DNA of 63,763 bases, filler included, from Reclinomonas americana ATCC 50394 (lineage: Eukaryota): assembly GCA_048213135.1 (NCBI GenBank). It is 21 parts of 21 records of this genome, joined end to end, with 100 filler letters (N's around TTAATTAATTAA, not from the genome) between each part and the next. Parts side by side here need not be neighbours in the genome. Positions count along the whole stretch, not along the records: positions 50,929 to 53,109 come from AFZH01018740.1; positions 53,210 to 56,498 come from AFZH01018741.1; positions 56,599 to 59,133 come from AFZH01018742.1; positions 59,234 to 60,850 come from AFZH01018743.1; positions 60,951 to 62,242 come from AFZH01018746.1; positions 62,343 to 63,763 come from AFZH01018750.1; 15 more parts are not named here. One strand, 5' to 3'. Both the position numbers and the translations under genes were made by a program. The notes beneath the pieces are model-generated. The model did no database searches and was not told the DNA's origin. It saw only the letters and a program-made list of their open reading frames with translations. Of the stretch, positions 52,504-63,763 are shown piece by piece. Numbering within the stretch: the stretch's first letter is position 1; every line of letters starts with the position of its first letter.

Positions 52504-53109
52504 TCACGCCGCCGCCGCACGACTGCCAAAGCCAAACGAACGCTTCGCCGCCGGCGACGCACGCACCATGATTGCCAACAGTCCCCCATACAACGCGCCC
52601 GCCACCGTGCCCCACATCACGCCGGCGGAGCGGCCTGGGGCGCCCCACAGCATACCCACCACAGCGCCGGCCAGCGGCTTGGTGATGGCGTCGGAGATAC
52701 CGGAAAAGGTGTGTGTCGAACGCATACCAATGTCGGCGGCGGAGAGCAGCGCCGTGAAGGTGCCCAACGACACCGACACAGCCACTCCGTGACGGACGGC
52801 CATCTGTGCCGGGGTGGAGAAAGGTCAGCATGGCACTCGAATCATTCCCGCCCACGGCAGTGTGAGAAGAAGAATCATCGCCCCCTCACACACACCGACG
52901 CACCATGGCCATACTCGGCGCAATCGCAGCCGGCGGCATCAGCGTCAACAGTGGGAAGGTGGCGCGCGGAAAGAATGCGCCCGAGACGGCACCATACAGC
53001 AAGCCGGACGCAAATCCTGCGAGGAATCTCTCGGGTTAACACCACCACCACCACCCTTTCTCTGTGTCACACCCCTGGCCGGCTGGCGCACCGAATATCG
53101 TGAGATTCT
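52504..53109 (-). CDS. Tim17/Tim22/Tim23-family (possibly NDUFA11-like) membrane protein, 5' partial
   Basis: NLTIFG|FASGLLYGAVSGAF..SLGTFTALLSAADIGMR..DAITKPLAGAVVGMLWG..GTVAGALYGGLL: four Gly-zipper TM segments with the D...(L)AGA..G pattern. Confidence 0.65.
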
Positions 53110-53351
53110 NNNNNNNNNNNNNNNNNNNNNNNNNNNNNNNNNNNNNNNNNNNNTTAATTAATTAANNNNNNNNNNNNNNNNNNNNNNNNNNNNNNNNNNN
53201 NNNNNNNNNCAAGAGGGAAGGGTGGGATGGGTGAGGAAAGGAGATAGAGAGAGGGAGGGGGAGAGTGAGGGAGGGAGAGGGAAGGAGAGGTAGGGAGAGG
53301 GAGAAGCCGGAAAGAGACTCCTGTCGACGCAGCGGAGGAAACAGCACGTAC

Positions 53352-55353
53352 CGCCATACAACTGGCGACCCCACACTTCGCGACTGTCGAACAGGCTGTC
53401 GATGTAGAGCCGATGACCCTCCTCCTGCAGCGGGTCCTGGTTGACGGCAATGATCTCCGTGTTGAGGAGCACTACGCAAAAGAGTAAGTCAATATCCATG
53501 AAAGTGCACGATGACATCTCTCTCGCAGCGCCAACCTTCGCGCTTGAAATCGGTAAAGTTGCGCGGGTCCGACGCCACAATCAGCGGCGAGTTCATCAGC
53601 GCCCACATGGAGAACTCGGTGCGGTACTCGTCGTGTGTTTGCAGTCTGTTGCGAGCACACAGTGAGCTGCAATTTACAAGAGCCACACTCTCCTCCTCTC
53701 GACGGCGCACCCCAAGTCAGTCATGAGGAAGTCCAGATAGTTCCAGTAGCAGTCGCCGTTAATGTCGCAACCGGACTGCTGCCACACATTGTGCTTGGCG
53801 CTGTGCTCGATGATTTCGCGCGTCGCATGCGCTGAACCGCTCCACTGGTCGTGGTGATCGGTGGTGGTGCGGCCGGAGTTGGCGACGGCGCGCTGTGGCG
53901 AGAAAAGTGAGAGAGAAGAAGGCAAGCATTATTGCAATGTGGTGACCCTGGTGATGGTGACGCGCTGCAACGAAACTCCCCACTCCCACGGCGACTCGAT
54001 TCCCCACTCGCACATCTCCAGGAACATGGGACGGCCGGTCTTATTCTGCGCCTCCTCCAGCTCGCGGTAAAGTACTTTCGGACCTGCGGCATCCACACGA
54101 TGAGGATGAAGTCTGCACTTCGACAGCAAGTGTGGATGTAACTGTGCGGGAACGTGTTGCACCCTGCAAGCCATGCGCGAGATGAGCATCATGGAACTCG
54201 GCAAGCACGCGAGCTGTCACGCAACAATCCATCTTGATGTAATCCACACCCCAGCTGGCCAGTGTGGCCATGTCCTCCGGGTAGTGATCGAGAGAGCCGG
54301 GGCTGCGGTTGGTGCACACGAGTTTGCCGCTGCAAATGTACACGCCAAAGTAGAAGCCGTGCTGGTGCGCGTAGTCGATGATGGGAGTCAGGCCGGCACT
54401 GGGAGAAGAGGTGGGTGGGGGTGATGGAGTAAGAGGGGAGAGGGAGGTGAAAATGCGACGCAACGGGAATTCAGTGGCATTGGCCTGAAGCTTGCCCTGT
54501 GCGTCGCGCTCGGCGGCAATCCAGCAGTCGTCGAGGTTGATGAACTGTGGAGGTGGGAGTGAGGCGGGAGAGGAGGGGTTATGCGAGGGAAGAATGGCTT
54601 GCCTTGTATCCCGCATCGCGCATGCCTGTGTTGATGATATGAGTGAGACAGAAACGACAAGGAAACGTACATGTCATGTTTTGTGCGATGCCGGCAGTGT
54701 GCGACGGAGTGTGCGAGTGAGCGTCAGGAGTACACTGAACACGCACCATTCTCGATCATGGCGTCCATGACGGAGAAGATCTCGGTCTGCACATGGAGAA
54801 GAGTGTGTGAGCGAGAGAGGGAGGAAAGCAAAGGGGGAAGGAGTGAAGACGCAACTGAGTGGCACACATCGAGGCCGCAATTGGGCGAGAACTGCGACGG
54901 GTGATTGGACTCGGTGCACCAGGTGTTCCAGCCCATCGGCGGCCTGTGCACGGAGAGGGAGAAGGGAGAGGAGTCAAAAGAGGGAAGACAAGATCGGAAA
55001 AATAATAAAGGGCAGTGAGTGAGAAGGCGGTGAAGGCGATGTGCAAGGGAAGGAGCGGGGAAGGGTAGGGGAAGGGGAAGGGGAGGGGAAGGGGAAAGAG
55101 GGAAGAGGGAAGAGGGAAGAGTGAAAGGGAGTGGGTGAATGAGTGAGTGAGTGAGTGACTGAGTGAACGAGTGGACGAAGGGGAAAAAGGAGAAGGAAGA
55201 GAAAGAAAAACAAGGAGAAGAAGAGGCTAAAGAGAGAGAGAGAGAGAGAGAGTGAGTGAGTGAGAGGCAAGAGAAGAGAGAGGAGAGAGAGGAGAGATTA
55301 AGATGAGGGACTGCATGAGTGATTGATTGTAATGAATGCATCATGCCATATGC

Positions 55354-55384
<31 letters not shown>

Positions 55385-55499
55385 TGTGCATGCATTTGAC
55401 AGTGTTAACACTCAACGATCGACCAAGCCCATTGTTCAGCGCACAGACCACCACTGAAACACTGATAAACACACAGAGAAACACAACAGAGTCTCTCAT
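53352..55499 (-). CDS. Secreted/lysosomal GH27 alpha-galactosidase (or alpha-N-acetylgalactosaminidase), 3' partial
   Basis: Signal peptide MRDSVVFLCVFISVSVVVCA then LNNGLGRSPPMGWNTW, GYKFINLDDCW, WGVDYIKMDWC, TGRPMFLEMCEWG, RTTTDH, EYRTEFSMWALMNSPLI and IIAVNQDPL. Confidence 0.95.
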
Positions 55500-55560
55500 A
55501 AAGCGCACAAACACAAAGAGAGAGAGACAATAAATTGCAATCACACAGTGACTCACTCGT

Positions 55561-55592
<32 letters not shown>

Positions 55593-55741
55593 TGTGTGTG
55601 TGTGTGATATGCTGTGTTTGTTGCTTGTGAGAAGAGTGAGAGTGAATGTGTTGTTGAGTGGAAGGCGACTGATGAGCTGCTCTTCTTCTGTTGTGCAAGA
55701 GCAGGAGGAGGAGGAGGAGAGGCGAGGGAAGAGTTGAGTTG

Positions 55742-55795
<54 letters not shown>

Positions 55796-55799
55796 TGTG

Positions 55800-55854
55800 A
55801 GTGTGATGCATTGTGATTGTAATCAGTCACTGATTTCGCTCTTGTTGGTGTGAG

Positions 55855-55903
<49 letters not shown>

Positions 55904-56445
55904 TAGAATGAGAGAGGGCATGCATTGTGATTGCAATCAGTCACTGATTTCGCTCTTGTTTGGTGTCAGATTGAGAGAGGGAGGGAGAGTGAGAGAGAGT
56001 GAGTGAGAGAGAGAGAGTGTTGAGTGTGATGCATTGTGACTGTAATCAGTCACTGTCTCTTCTCTTCTTTGCTCTCAGTTTGAGAGAGAGAGAGAGAGCA
56101 CTGTGAGGGGTGTGTGTGAGAGAGAGAGAAAGAAACCTTTCCATGCATTTTGTTATTGCGATCAGTCTCTCATTCCTCGTGTTCACTGCCTCTTGTCCTC
56201 CTTTGGTCTCAGTTTGAAAGAGAGAGAGCACAATGAGGGTTTGTGTAAGAGAGAGGGAGGCTGCATGCATTTTGTGATTGCGATCAGTCTCTCATTCCTC
56301 TGCTCACTGCCTCTTCTCCTCCTTTGTCTCAGTTTGAGAGGGAGAGAGAGTGCACAATGAAGGCGTATGTGTGAGGAAGGGAGGCGGCATATGCTATCAG
56401 TCTCCTTCCTTGTGCTCACTGTCTCTTTTCTTCTTTGGTCTCAGT

Positions 56446-56498
<53 letters not shown>

Positions 56499-56720
56499 NN
56501 NNNNNNNNNNNNNNNNNNNNNNNNNNNNNNNNNNNNNNNNNNTTAATTAATTAANNNNNNNNNNNNNNNNNNNNNNNNNNNNNNNNNNNNNNNNNNNNGT
56601 GCCCACTGTGTCTTTTCTTCTTTGGTCTCAGTTTGAGAGAACGAGAGCAAGAGAGCATTGTGAGGGCGTATGTGTGAGAGAGGGAGACTGCATGTATGCC
56701 ATCAGTCTCTCTTTCCTCGT
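55800..56720. repeat. Degenerate tandem repeat (about 110-122 bp, 7 or more units) with embedded (GA)n
   Basis: GCATTGTGATTG(T/C)AATCAGTCACTG..TTTGGTCTCAGTTTGAGAGAG units near 55808, 55922, 56031, 56146, 56268, 56388 and 56690. Confidence 0.8.
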
Positions 56721-57114
56721 GCTTTCTGCTTTCTAGTTTCAGATTATGAGTTCTTTCTCACCCTCCTCGCTCGCTTCCTCCTCTGTTCTATGTTCTCTCT
56801 TGTCTCTCACTTGCTTGTGTACCTTCTTCTCGTTCTGCAGTCGCAGTCTTCAAGTCCGCGTGCTATTCCTTGTCTGTGTGCCACTCGCTGCCTTTCTACT
56901 CTACTTGCGCACCTTTTCCGTCGCCTCTCTCAGATTTATGCACAGCCTGGCATCTCTCTCTCCTGTGTCTCTTGCTGCCTTTCGTCTATTCTCCTCTGCG
57001 CCTCTGTTACCTTGCCTGCCCGTCAGTCTTCTTGCGTTTGCCTTGCTCGCTGCTATCTTCGTTCTCTTCCACTAGCTTCCCTCTCACCTCCCCCACTCTT
57101 CCCCCCTTCCTCAG

Positions 57115-58467
57115 AAGCCGCCCTGTTCGACCGCTGGGCCCCCGGACCACCCACACCCTTGTCGCAGACGGTGTTCTGCCAGAGTATCGAGTTCCTGGCA
57201 CCCGACGTGCAGGCCGAGAATTCCGTTCTGCAGCAGCGCGTGGATCAGCACATTGTGCGTGTGCTGCAGCAAAATGGCAAGCCATCGTCTCAGCTGCTTG
57301 GCAACTTTGTGCAACAGGCCTCGCGGGGAGCGATTGTGCAAGATTACCAGTTTCGACAAGTTGCGTGTCGATCGAGTTTACGTGCGCTGCGCCAATGTGC
57401 TCATTGATTCTGGCAGATCTGGAACGGCCCTCTGCGCGGCAACTACTTGTATTCAGAGTTGCGACGTGTTTCTCCAGCCTTGAATGTCACCGTCTGACTG
57501 ACACGTGCGCGCAGAGTGGCCTTTCCGCGCTCCCAATTCCTACTTCGCTTCCGTTTCACGGGCGTCAGCTACGAGTGCCACGTCAACGACATGCATCCAC
57601 AACCAACGAATGATAATGGTGCGCATCAATCGACCCTTTTCTTCCCTCGTCTACTCTTTCACTTCAATCCCTCGCCCCCAGATTACCACACGCGAAAGGA
57701 TGTGTGGGTACGCAATCCCAATCGCCACCTGGCCCCACTGCGCTCGCTAGAGGACTCGGTCGGCGGCGACATTGACTACCTGGCCGGTAAATTCGGCGAC
57801 CACATTCCCTGGCACGAGTTGCGACACGGCGAGCCGTACGAGGCCTCGGACACGATTCTACAGTTGGCCATGTATCCGGATTCGGATTGGGAGCAGGCGA
57901 GGCAGCTGCCTGCGGGAGAAGGTTTGTAAAGGGAAGGGGATTTGGATGGGAGCCTGGGCACAGTGAGTGTGTTACCTATGCGTGTGCTTCGTGTGCTCTC
58001 TCTCTCTCTCTCTCTCGTGTCTTTCACTCAGAGTGTGTTGATTGCGCATGTACGGTTGTGCCCATCCTTCCTCCACCTCACGCCGCCCTCCCTCCTCCCT
58101 TCCCCATTCCTCAGTCTGGCAACCCCTGGGCGACCCCACCTACACCACGCTCTTCGCCAAGAACGTCGACGGGCATGCCGAAGACGCCGTGCACCAGTGG
58201 TGCGATGTCCATGCCTTCGAGTCGATTGCACGCCGCTTGCCGACCGCAGGCCCCGCCTTGCAACTGCCCTCGGCCGCCATGATATGGTGGCTCATCCGCT
58301 TGTGTGCCAGTGTGGAGCAGGTGGCGCAGCGCGTGCTCACCGGGCCCTTTGTGGCGAACACGGTGGGGCGGCAGCCACCGGCGGCGGAGAGCAGTGGGGA
58401 GGCGCAACCACCACCAAAACCACCGCTCGAGCAGCTCATCCTGACCGTGCCCGCGGCGATCAAATAA
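57115..58467 (+). CDS. Hypothetical protein, 5 exons, 5' partial
   Basis: Phase-consistent exons EAALFDRWAPG..QFRQ|IWNGPLRGNY..|VAFPRSQFLLRFRF..|DYHTRKDVWVRNP..|VWQPLGDP..PAAIK*. Confidence 0.7.
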
Positions 58468-58550
58468 AACCCCACGTAGATTTACGACAAGATTGTGTTC
58501 CAGATTTTTTACCAACGGTACTCTCTCTTCCCATTTTTTCTTCCTCATCG

Positions 58551-60311
58551 TCAGCGAGCACGGGTGCACATCTCCGGAACAGTGATGGTCGGCTCGAAGT
58601 ACTGTGTGCCCTCGGGAAGACCGCCAGGGTTTTGCGCCTCGCCCTGCGAATTAATCAAAGTCAGCAGACAATCGCAAAGGGAGAGAGGGACAGAGAGAGA
58701 GAGAGAAGAGAGGTATCTCAACCATTGACATTCCCCCCACGCATGTGTGCTTCTGCAGCAATACGCTCTCTGTTCCGTGAGAGTAAACACGAAAATATCT
58801 GCATCTGACATTTAACGCAGATGTGCGACATCCTCTGCGTCCACGCGACTGAAACTTGCTTGCTGTCACACTCACTCGCTCTTCCTCACTCACAATTCTG
58901 CCGCGTTGCACTGCACGAGAATGCACACTAATTGCGCGCCTATCTACTCCGAATGTCAAAATTTCTCCCTTTCCTCGCCATTCTCTCTCCCTCTCCCTCT
59001 CCCTCTCCCTCTCCCTCTCCCTCTCCCTCTCCCTCTCCCTCTCCCACTCCCTCTCCCTCTCCCACTCTCTCTCCCTCTCCCACTCTCTCTCCCTCTCCCT
59101 CTCCGTCTCCCCTCTCCCCTCTCTCCCCTTTTCNNNNNNNNNNNNNNNNNNNNNNNNNNNNNNNNNNNNNNNNNNNNTTAATTAATTAANNNNNNNNNNN
59201 NNNNNNNNNNNNNNNNNNNNNNNNNNNNNNNNNCTCTCCCTCTCCCTCCCTACTCCCTCTCCCTCTCCTACTCTCTCTCCTCCTCCACCTCTCCTCTCCT
59301 CTCCCTCTCCGTCTCCTCTCCCTCTCCTCCTTCCTCTCCTCTCCCTCTCCCTCTCCCTCTCCTCTCCCTCCTCCCTCTCCCTCTCCCTCTCCCTCTCCCT
59401 CTCCCTCTCCCTCTCCCTCTCCCACTCCCACTCCCACTCCCACTCCCACTCCCACTCCCACTCCCACTCCCACTCCCTCTCCCTCCTTCCCTTTCCCTCA
59501 ACACTCACCGGTGGCCCCCGTGCGATTTCTGGCTCATCGCCCAACTCCAGAATCTGCGCCATCATGTACTCGCCACTGCAAAACATCCTGCACCCGAACT
59601 CGCACGTCAGCATTTCACCCTTGTTTGCACAGTGAATGAGGCGCAAAAAACACGCAACATGGCCGCCAGTTGCTGCTGTGGGATCACCGAGTACTGCGCC
59701 GGCGAAATCACAATGCGATCACTCGCCCTGTGAATCGCCTCATACGCAAAGCCATCCCGCGGCGGCTCGCCACTGCCAAAGCGCATGCGGCGGAACAAAG
59801 CTATGCACTCGCGACCTTGGTTGACGGTGCCACGAAGACTGCAAAGGGAAAAATCAGCGCACAAGGAAGAGCACGGCACACAACAGAGTAACAATGGACG
59901 CAACTCGTCGACCTCCACACGACGACTCAGCACGGCACGTGCACGAATGCCCGTGTTGACGGACAGATCCACATGCTCCACCACAGTCTCCATCTCTGCC
60001 TCGACCATCACCATGCGCTGCAGCTCCGAGACCGGGGTGCGAATTGAGCTGAGAGGGGAAAGTGTCAAAGAATGCACAGAATGAAAAATGATCAAAGAAG
60101 AACAAACCAGTCACCACGGCGGTCACCAAAGCGCTGCAGGACCAAGTCGGCAATGGCCAGCATGTTCTTGTTGAACGCGGGACCACGCTCCTGCCAAAAG
60201 CTGGCCACGTCGATTTGGTGCAGGCACGCGTGCACAATGTCGGCACACTGCTTGGGCGTCGGCAGCAGGTCGTCGAGCATCTCAGGGCTGACAGGGCCGG
60301 AGGCGGGCAAC
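58551..60311 (-). CDS. Hypothetical protein, multi-exon, 5' end unresolved
   Basis: Phase-consistent exons [17 protein letters not shown].., [12 protein letters not shown].., [11 protein letters not shown].., [11 protein letters not shown].. and a last exon [13 protein letters not shown]. Confidence 0.62.
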
Positions 60312-61278
60312 CTGGTTGGAGGGGAAGGGATGTAAGAAGGGGAAATAGAGGGAAGTAGGCTCTGAGGACGAGGAGGAGGCAAAGAGGGGGAAAGGAGGAG
60401 GAAAGAATGTAGAGACTACAGAGGCAGCAGACGAGAGACCAATCCAGCACGAGGGAGAGTGAGCGGCATGGAGTGAGAGAGAGAGCATGTGCGTGTGAGA
60501 GAGAGAGAGAGAGACAAAGGATGAGACCCAATACAACATGAGGCAGATTGAGCGGCATGGAGTGAGTGAGAGAGAGAGAGAGTGTGTGTGTGTGTGTGCG
60601 AGAGAGAGAGGCTGCGGCGATGCTGAAATGAAGACGAGGAGACACTGCATGAGTGTGAAAAGATGCGTGCATAGAGAGAGAAGGATTGGAGGCATTGACG
60701 TCTTAAGATGCATGTAACACGCAGACGCCACTCGTAAATGCATCAGGGTGCGTCGAATGACTGCCGTTGTCATGACTGATGCAAGTCAAGTGCAGAGTAC
60801 AAGAAAAGGGGAAATCCAAGAATGCAGCATCGGGGGGGGGGGGGGGGGGGNNNNNNNNNNNNNNNNNNNNNNNNNNNNNNNNNNNNNNNNNNNNTTAATT
60901 AATTAANNNNNNNNNNNNNNNNNNNNNNNNNNNNNNNNNNNNNNNNNNNNTCTCTCTCTTTTTGCTACTGCGCATTGTACGCTGCACCCGTCCCCGTGAA
61001 AATCTTGCAGGCAGATGAATTGGTGCACGTGTACGTACGCTCGATAAAGTCGAGAGAATCGCACCTTACGTTGCATAGCAGTGCCGGGTAAACAGTGCAG
61101 TTAAAAGGCACCTGCGTAGACTCTTTGCACCGTTTGTTGCTGCAATTTCCATCAGCCCTGATATAAGGAAAATGGCCCCATCGAGTCCATCGAACATCAT
61201 CATGATCAATCCCACCACCATCAATATTAATGAATCCATCGCGTGTGCACGGCAGCAGCAGGTGGTGTCCCATATGTT

Positions 61279-62129
61279 TCACTCATAATCACGCGATACA
61301 TCCACTCGCGGCGCAAAGGGACTCTGCTTGGCTGGCCGGCCGCCACCACCACCACCGCGACCAGAGGAGGGGCGCGAACTGGACCCACCACCATCAGCTG
61401 CTGCTGCGGCGCTCCGATGTTGCTGGCGACGCGACGACGACGACGATCCACCACGGTCACGAGCGGACAACTTGCCGACGACGACAGCAGGCTGCCGGTC
61501 ACTGTCGGGTTTCCGGTGTCCCGACCACGTGACCTGCTTCACGGGCGCCGGGTAGTCCTGTTGCGCAACACCCCCCATTGGTAAACGCGACAAAGCCGCG
61601 CAATCACGACAGGACACTATTCGGTGGCTCACCACGCCAATGACACACCGCGCCGCCTGCTGTTGGGCGGCCGACATGCGAGACGGCTGGTGTACAAACT
61701 CGCGAGGCACGCCGCGCAGCACTGGCAGGTAGTGTCGCACGAACTCGCCCTCCTGTGAGTGGGGAAGTGAGGGAGGGTGCGCAAATAAAAATATGCGGCA
61801 CTGACGAACCGGATCGTAGGTGGCCGCTTGCTTCAACACGTTGAAGTAGCGGTCTTCACGTGGGTCCAGTCCAACTAAGGAGGGGAGGGTGAGGTGGTGC
61901 ACAGCAAGGAGAGGGTGGGGAGGGAAAGGATTACTCGCCTCCGGCGACATATTGCCAGTTTCCCCTGTTTTCAGCGAGTGTGAGCGGATGTGGGCGAGGA
62001 GATGAGAGGCCAGGCACTCACCAGTTGGAGGAGACGTCTTCAGTGGGCAAGAAGAGGGCGGAGTAAGTGGAGACGGTCGAGGGTGAGAGCAGAAGAAGTG
62101 ACACCAACCATAATCAATCAGCTGGCTCT
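61279..62129 (-). CDS. Cryptochrome DASH (photolyase family), C-terminal FAD-binding region; 5' part lost in the gap
   Basis: Spliced [65 protein letters not shown]; the GxDPREDR.FN..KQ motif is characteristic of CRY-DASH. Confidence 0.9.
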
Positions 62130-62487
62130 CTGCGATCGCGAGGAGTCAGTCAGCAAGGGAAGGGGAGGGGAGGGAAGGGAGGGAGGGAGGAGGAGGGGAA
62201 GGGGAAGGGGAAGGGAGGGAAGGGAAGGGAGGGAAGGGAGGGNNNNNNNNNNNNNNNNNNNNNNNNNNNNNNNNNNNNNNNNNNNNTTAATTAATTAANN
62301 NNNNNNNNNNNNNNNNNNNNNNNNNNNNNNNNNNNNNNNNNNAGAGAGAGAGAGAGAGATGAGAGATGTGAGAGAGGGGGGAGAGGAGGGAGGGAGAGAT
62401 GCGACTGTCTCAGAGACTCAATAGGGAGACTGATTGCGAGGCAAGGCAAGACTGAGAGAAGCACACACATACGCACACACACACATA

Positions 62488-62518
<31 letters not shown>

Positions 62519-63441
62519 GGAGAGCACGAGAAGGGCAGATTGTACTCAGTCTCTCTCACAGTCTCTCACAGTCACTGTCTCTGATCACACTCTCAGTCTC
62601 TCACAGTCTCTCTCGCTCAGTCTCTCTCACGATCACTTTCTCTGTGTCTCTCAGTCACTCTCAGTCTCTCTCTCTGTGTCTCTCAGTGCCTCTTGTGCAG
62701 TCACTTGCTCTCTCCCTGGTTTCTGCCGTTCCAATGCCTTCTCTTGTTTCCTTGTCAATCCCTTGTTTCTCAACTCCTCACTCTGTCTGTCTCTTCTCCT
62801 TCCCTTCTCTCATTCTCTCAGTCTCTCTGTCTCTCTCTTCTCCTTCCCTTCTCGTTTCCTTGTTCCCGTTGTCAATCCCTTGTCTCTCTGCTCCTCCTCG
62901 TCTCCTTCCCTTCGCTCATTCTCTCTCAGTCACTCTGTCCGTCTCTTGTGCATTGTCGTTCTCTCCCTCTCATGCCTTCTCTTTCCCCTCTCATTCCCTT
63001 GTCCCCTTTGCCATCCTCTTCACTGCTGCTCTTTTCCACTCTCGGTTTCTTGCCTTGTTGTCTTCATCACTTTTCCTCGAGTTCCTAGTTCCCTTGTCAA
63101 TCGCGCCCTCCACTGTTCTTTGTCTCCTTCGCCTTCGCCACTTGTTCCCTTGTTCCTTTTCTGCTGATTCTCGTCTCCTCTTATCTCTTTCCTCTCGTTT
63201 CCTTGTTCCCTTGTCGTCTTTGTAACTTTCTCCGTTGTCTCTCGTTTCCTAATTCCTTATCTGCTCACTCTGGCCTCCTTCTCCGTCCCTCTCACTTCCC
63301 TGTCTCTCCCAGTGCTGTTCCACTTCCCTGTCTCTTGTTTCCGTGTTCCTTGACTACTCCTCCTTGTCTCCTGCTCCTTGTTCCTTCTCCTTTCACCCTC
63401 TCCTTCCCCTTTCCTCACAATGCCCTCTTCCCCTTCTTCAG

Positions 63442-63724
63442 ACGAGAATGCCAGTTCGTCGAATGCGACTACCTCACCCTCGCCAAGTACCCCAGCGGCG
63501 AGCTGATGGCCGACCTGCCCATGTACCGCCCCGACATCCCCCCACACTCGTTCAGCGGACCGCCCGTCTCCGCCTCGACCCTGTCGTCGGCGGCCGGATC
63601 ACGTCCCGTCAGCGCGGCCGCTGGTGGTGAGGGCAGTGGCATGCGACCGGGTGGGCTGGCGCCCGCGCAGGTCGATCTGGCCTCCAAGTACTTGCCTCCG
63701 CGCGAGGAGTATGTGTTGGTGCAG
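63442..63724 (+). CDS. Internal exon of an unidentified protein
   Basis: Polypyrimidine tract and CAG acceptor, open frame RECQFVECDYLTLAKYPSGELMADLP..EEYVLVQ, donor CAG|GTATGT. Confidence 0.65.
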
Positions 63725-63763
63725 GTATGTCGGGGAAGAGCAGTTGTGCGCGTGTTTGTTTCT

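Overview
Draft eukaryotic nuclear scaffold, most likely a flagellated aerobic protist (inferred from rotatin, complex I subunit NDUFA8 and mitochondrial MnmA/TRMU; organism not identified). Exons are GC-rich, spliceosomal introns are very numerous, microsatellites (GA/CT, GAGT) are abundant, and 20 artificial 100-nt gap linkers (N44-TTAATTAATTAA-N44) interrupt the sequence. The ORF track is mostly misleading because genes are split into many short exons. Manual splicing recovers rotatin, SEC22, a Kelch-repeat protein, NBAS/Sec39, NDUFA8, partial TRMU, a DCAF4-like WD40 protein, ribonucleotide reductase R2, a Tim17/22-family protein, a partial GH27 alpha-galactosidase, partial CRY-DASH and several hypothetical proteins. 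The standard genetic code fits. The main observation is a second, abundant class of 5' splice site. About 33 donors, roughly a quarter of the introns traced by eye, read non-G|GTT-N-N-G-T (GTTGCGT, GTTGAGT, GTTTCGT, GTTACGT), which is the normal donor consensus shifted by +1, and they occur almost only when the last exon base is not G. Several are fixed by conserved protein motifs. Also notable: very tightly packed co-oriented genes, degenerate 110-170 bp tandem repeats upstream of genes, GC-AG introns, microexons and an E2F-like/GCGCGC upstream motif.
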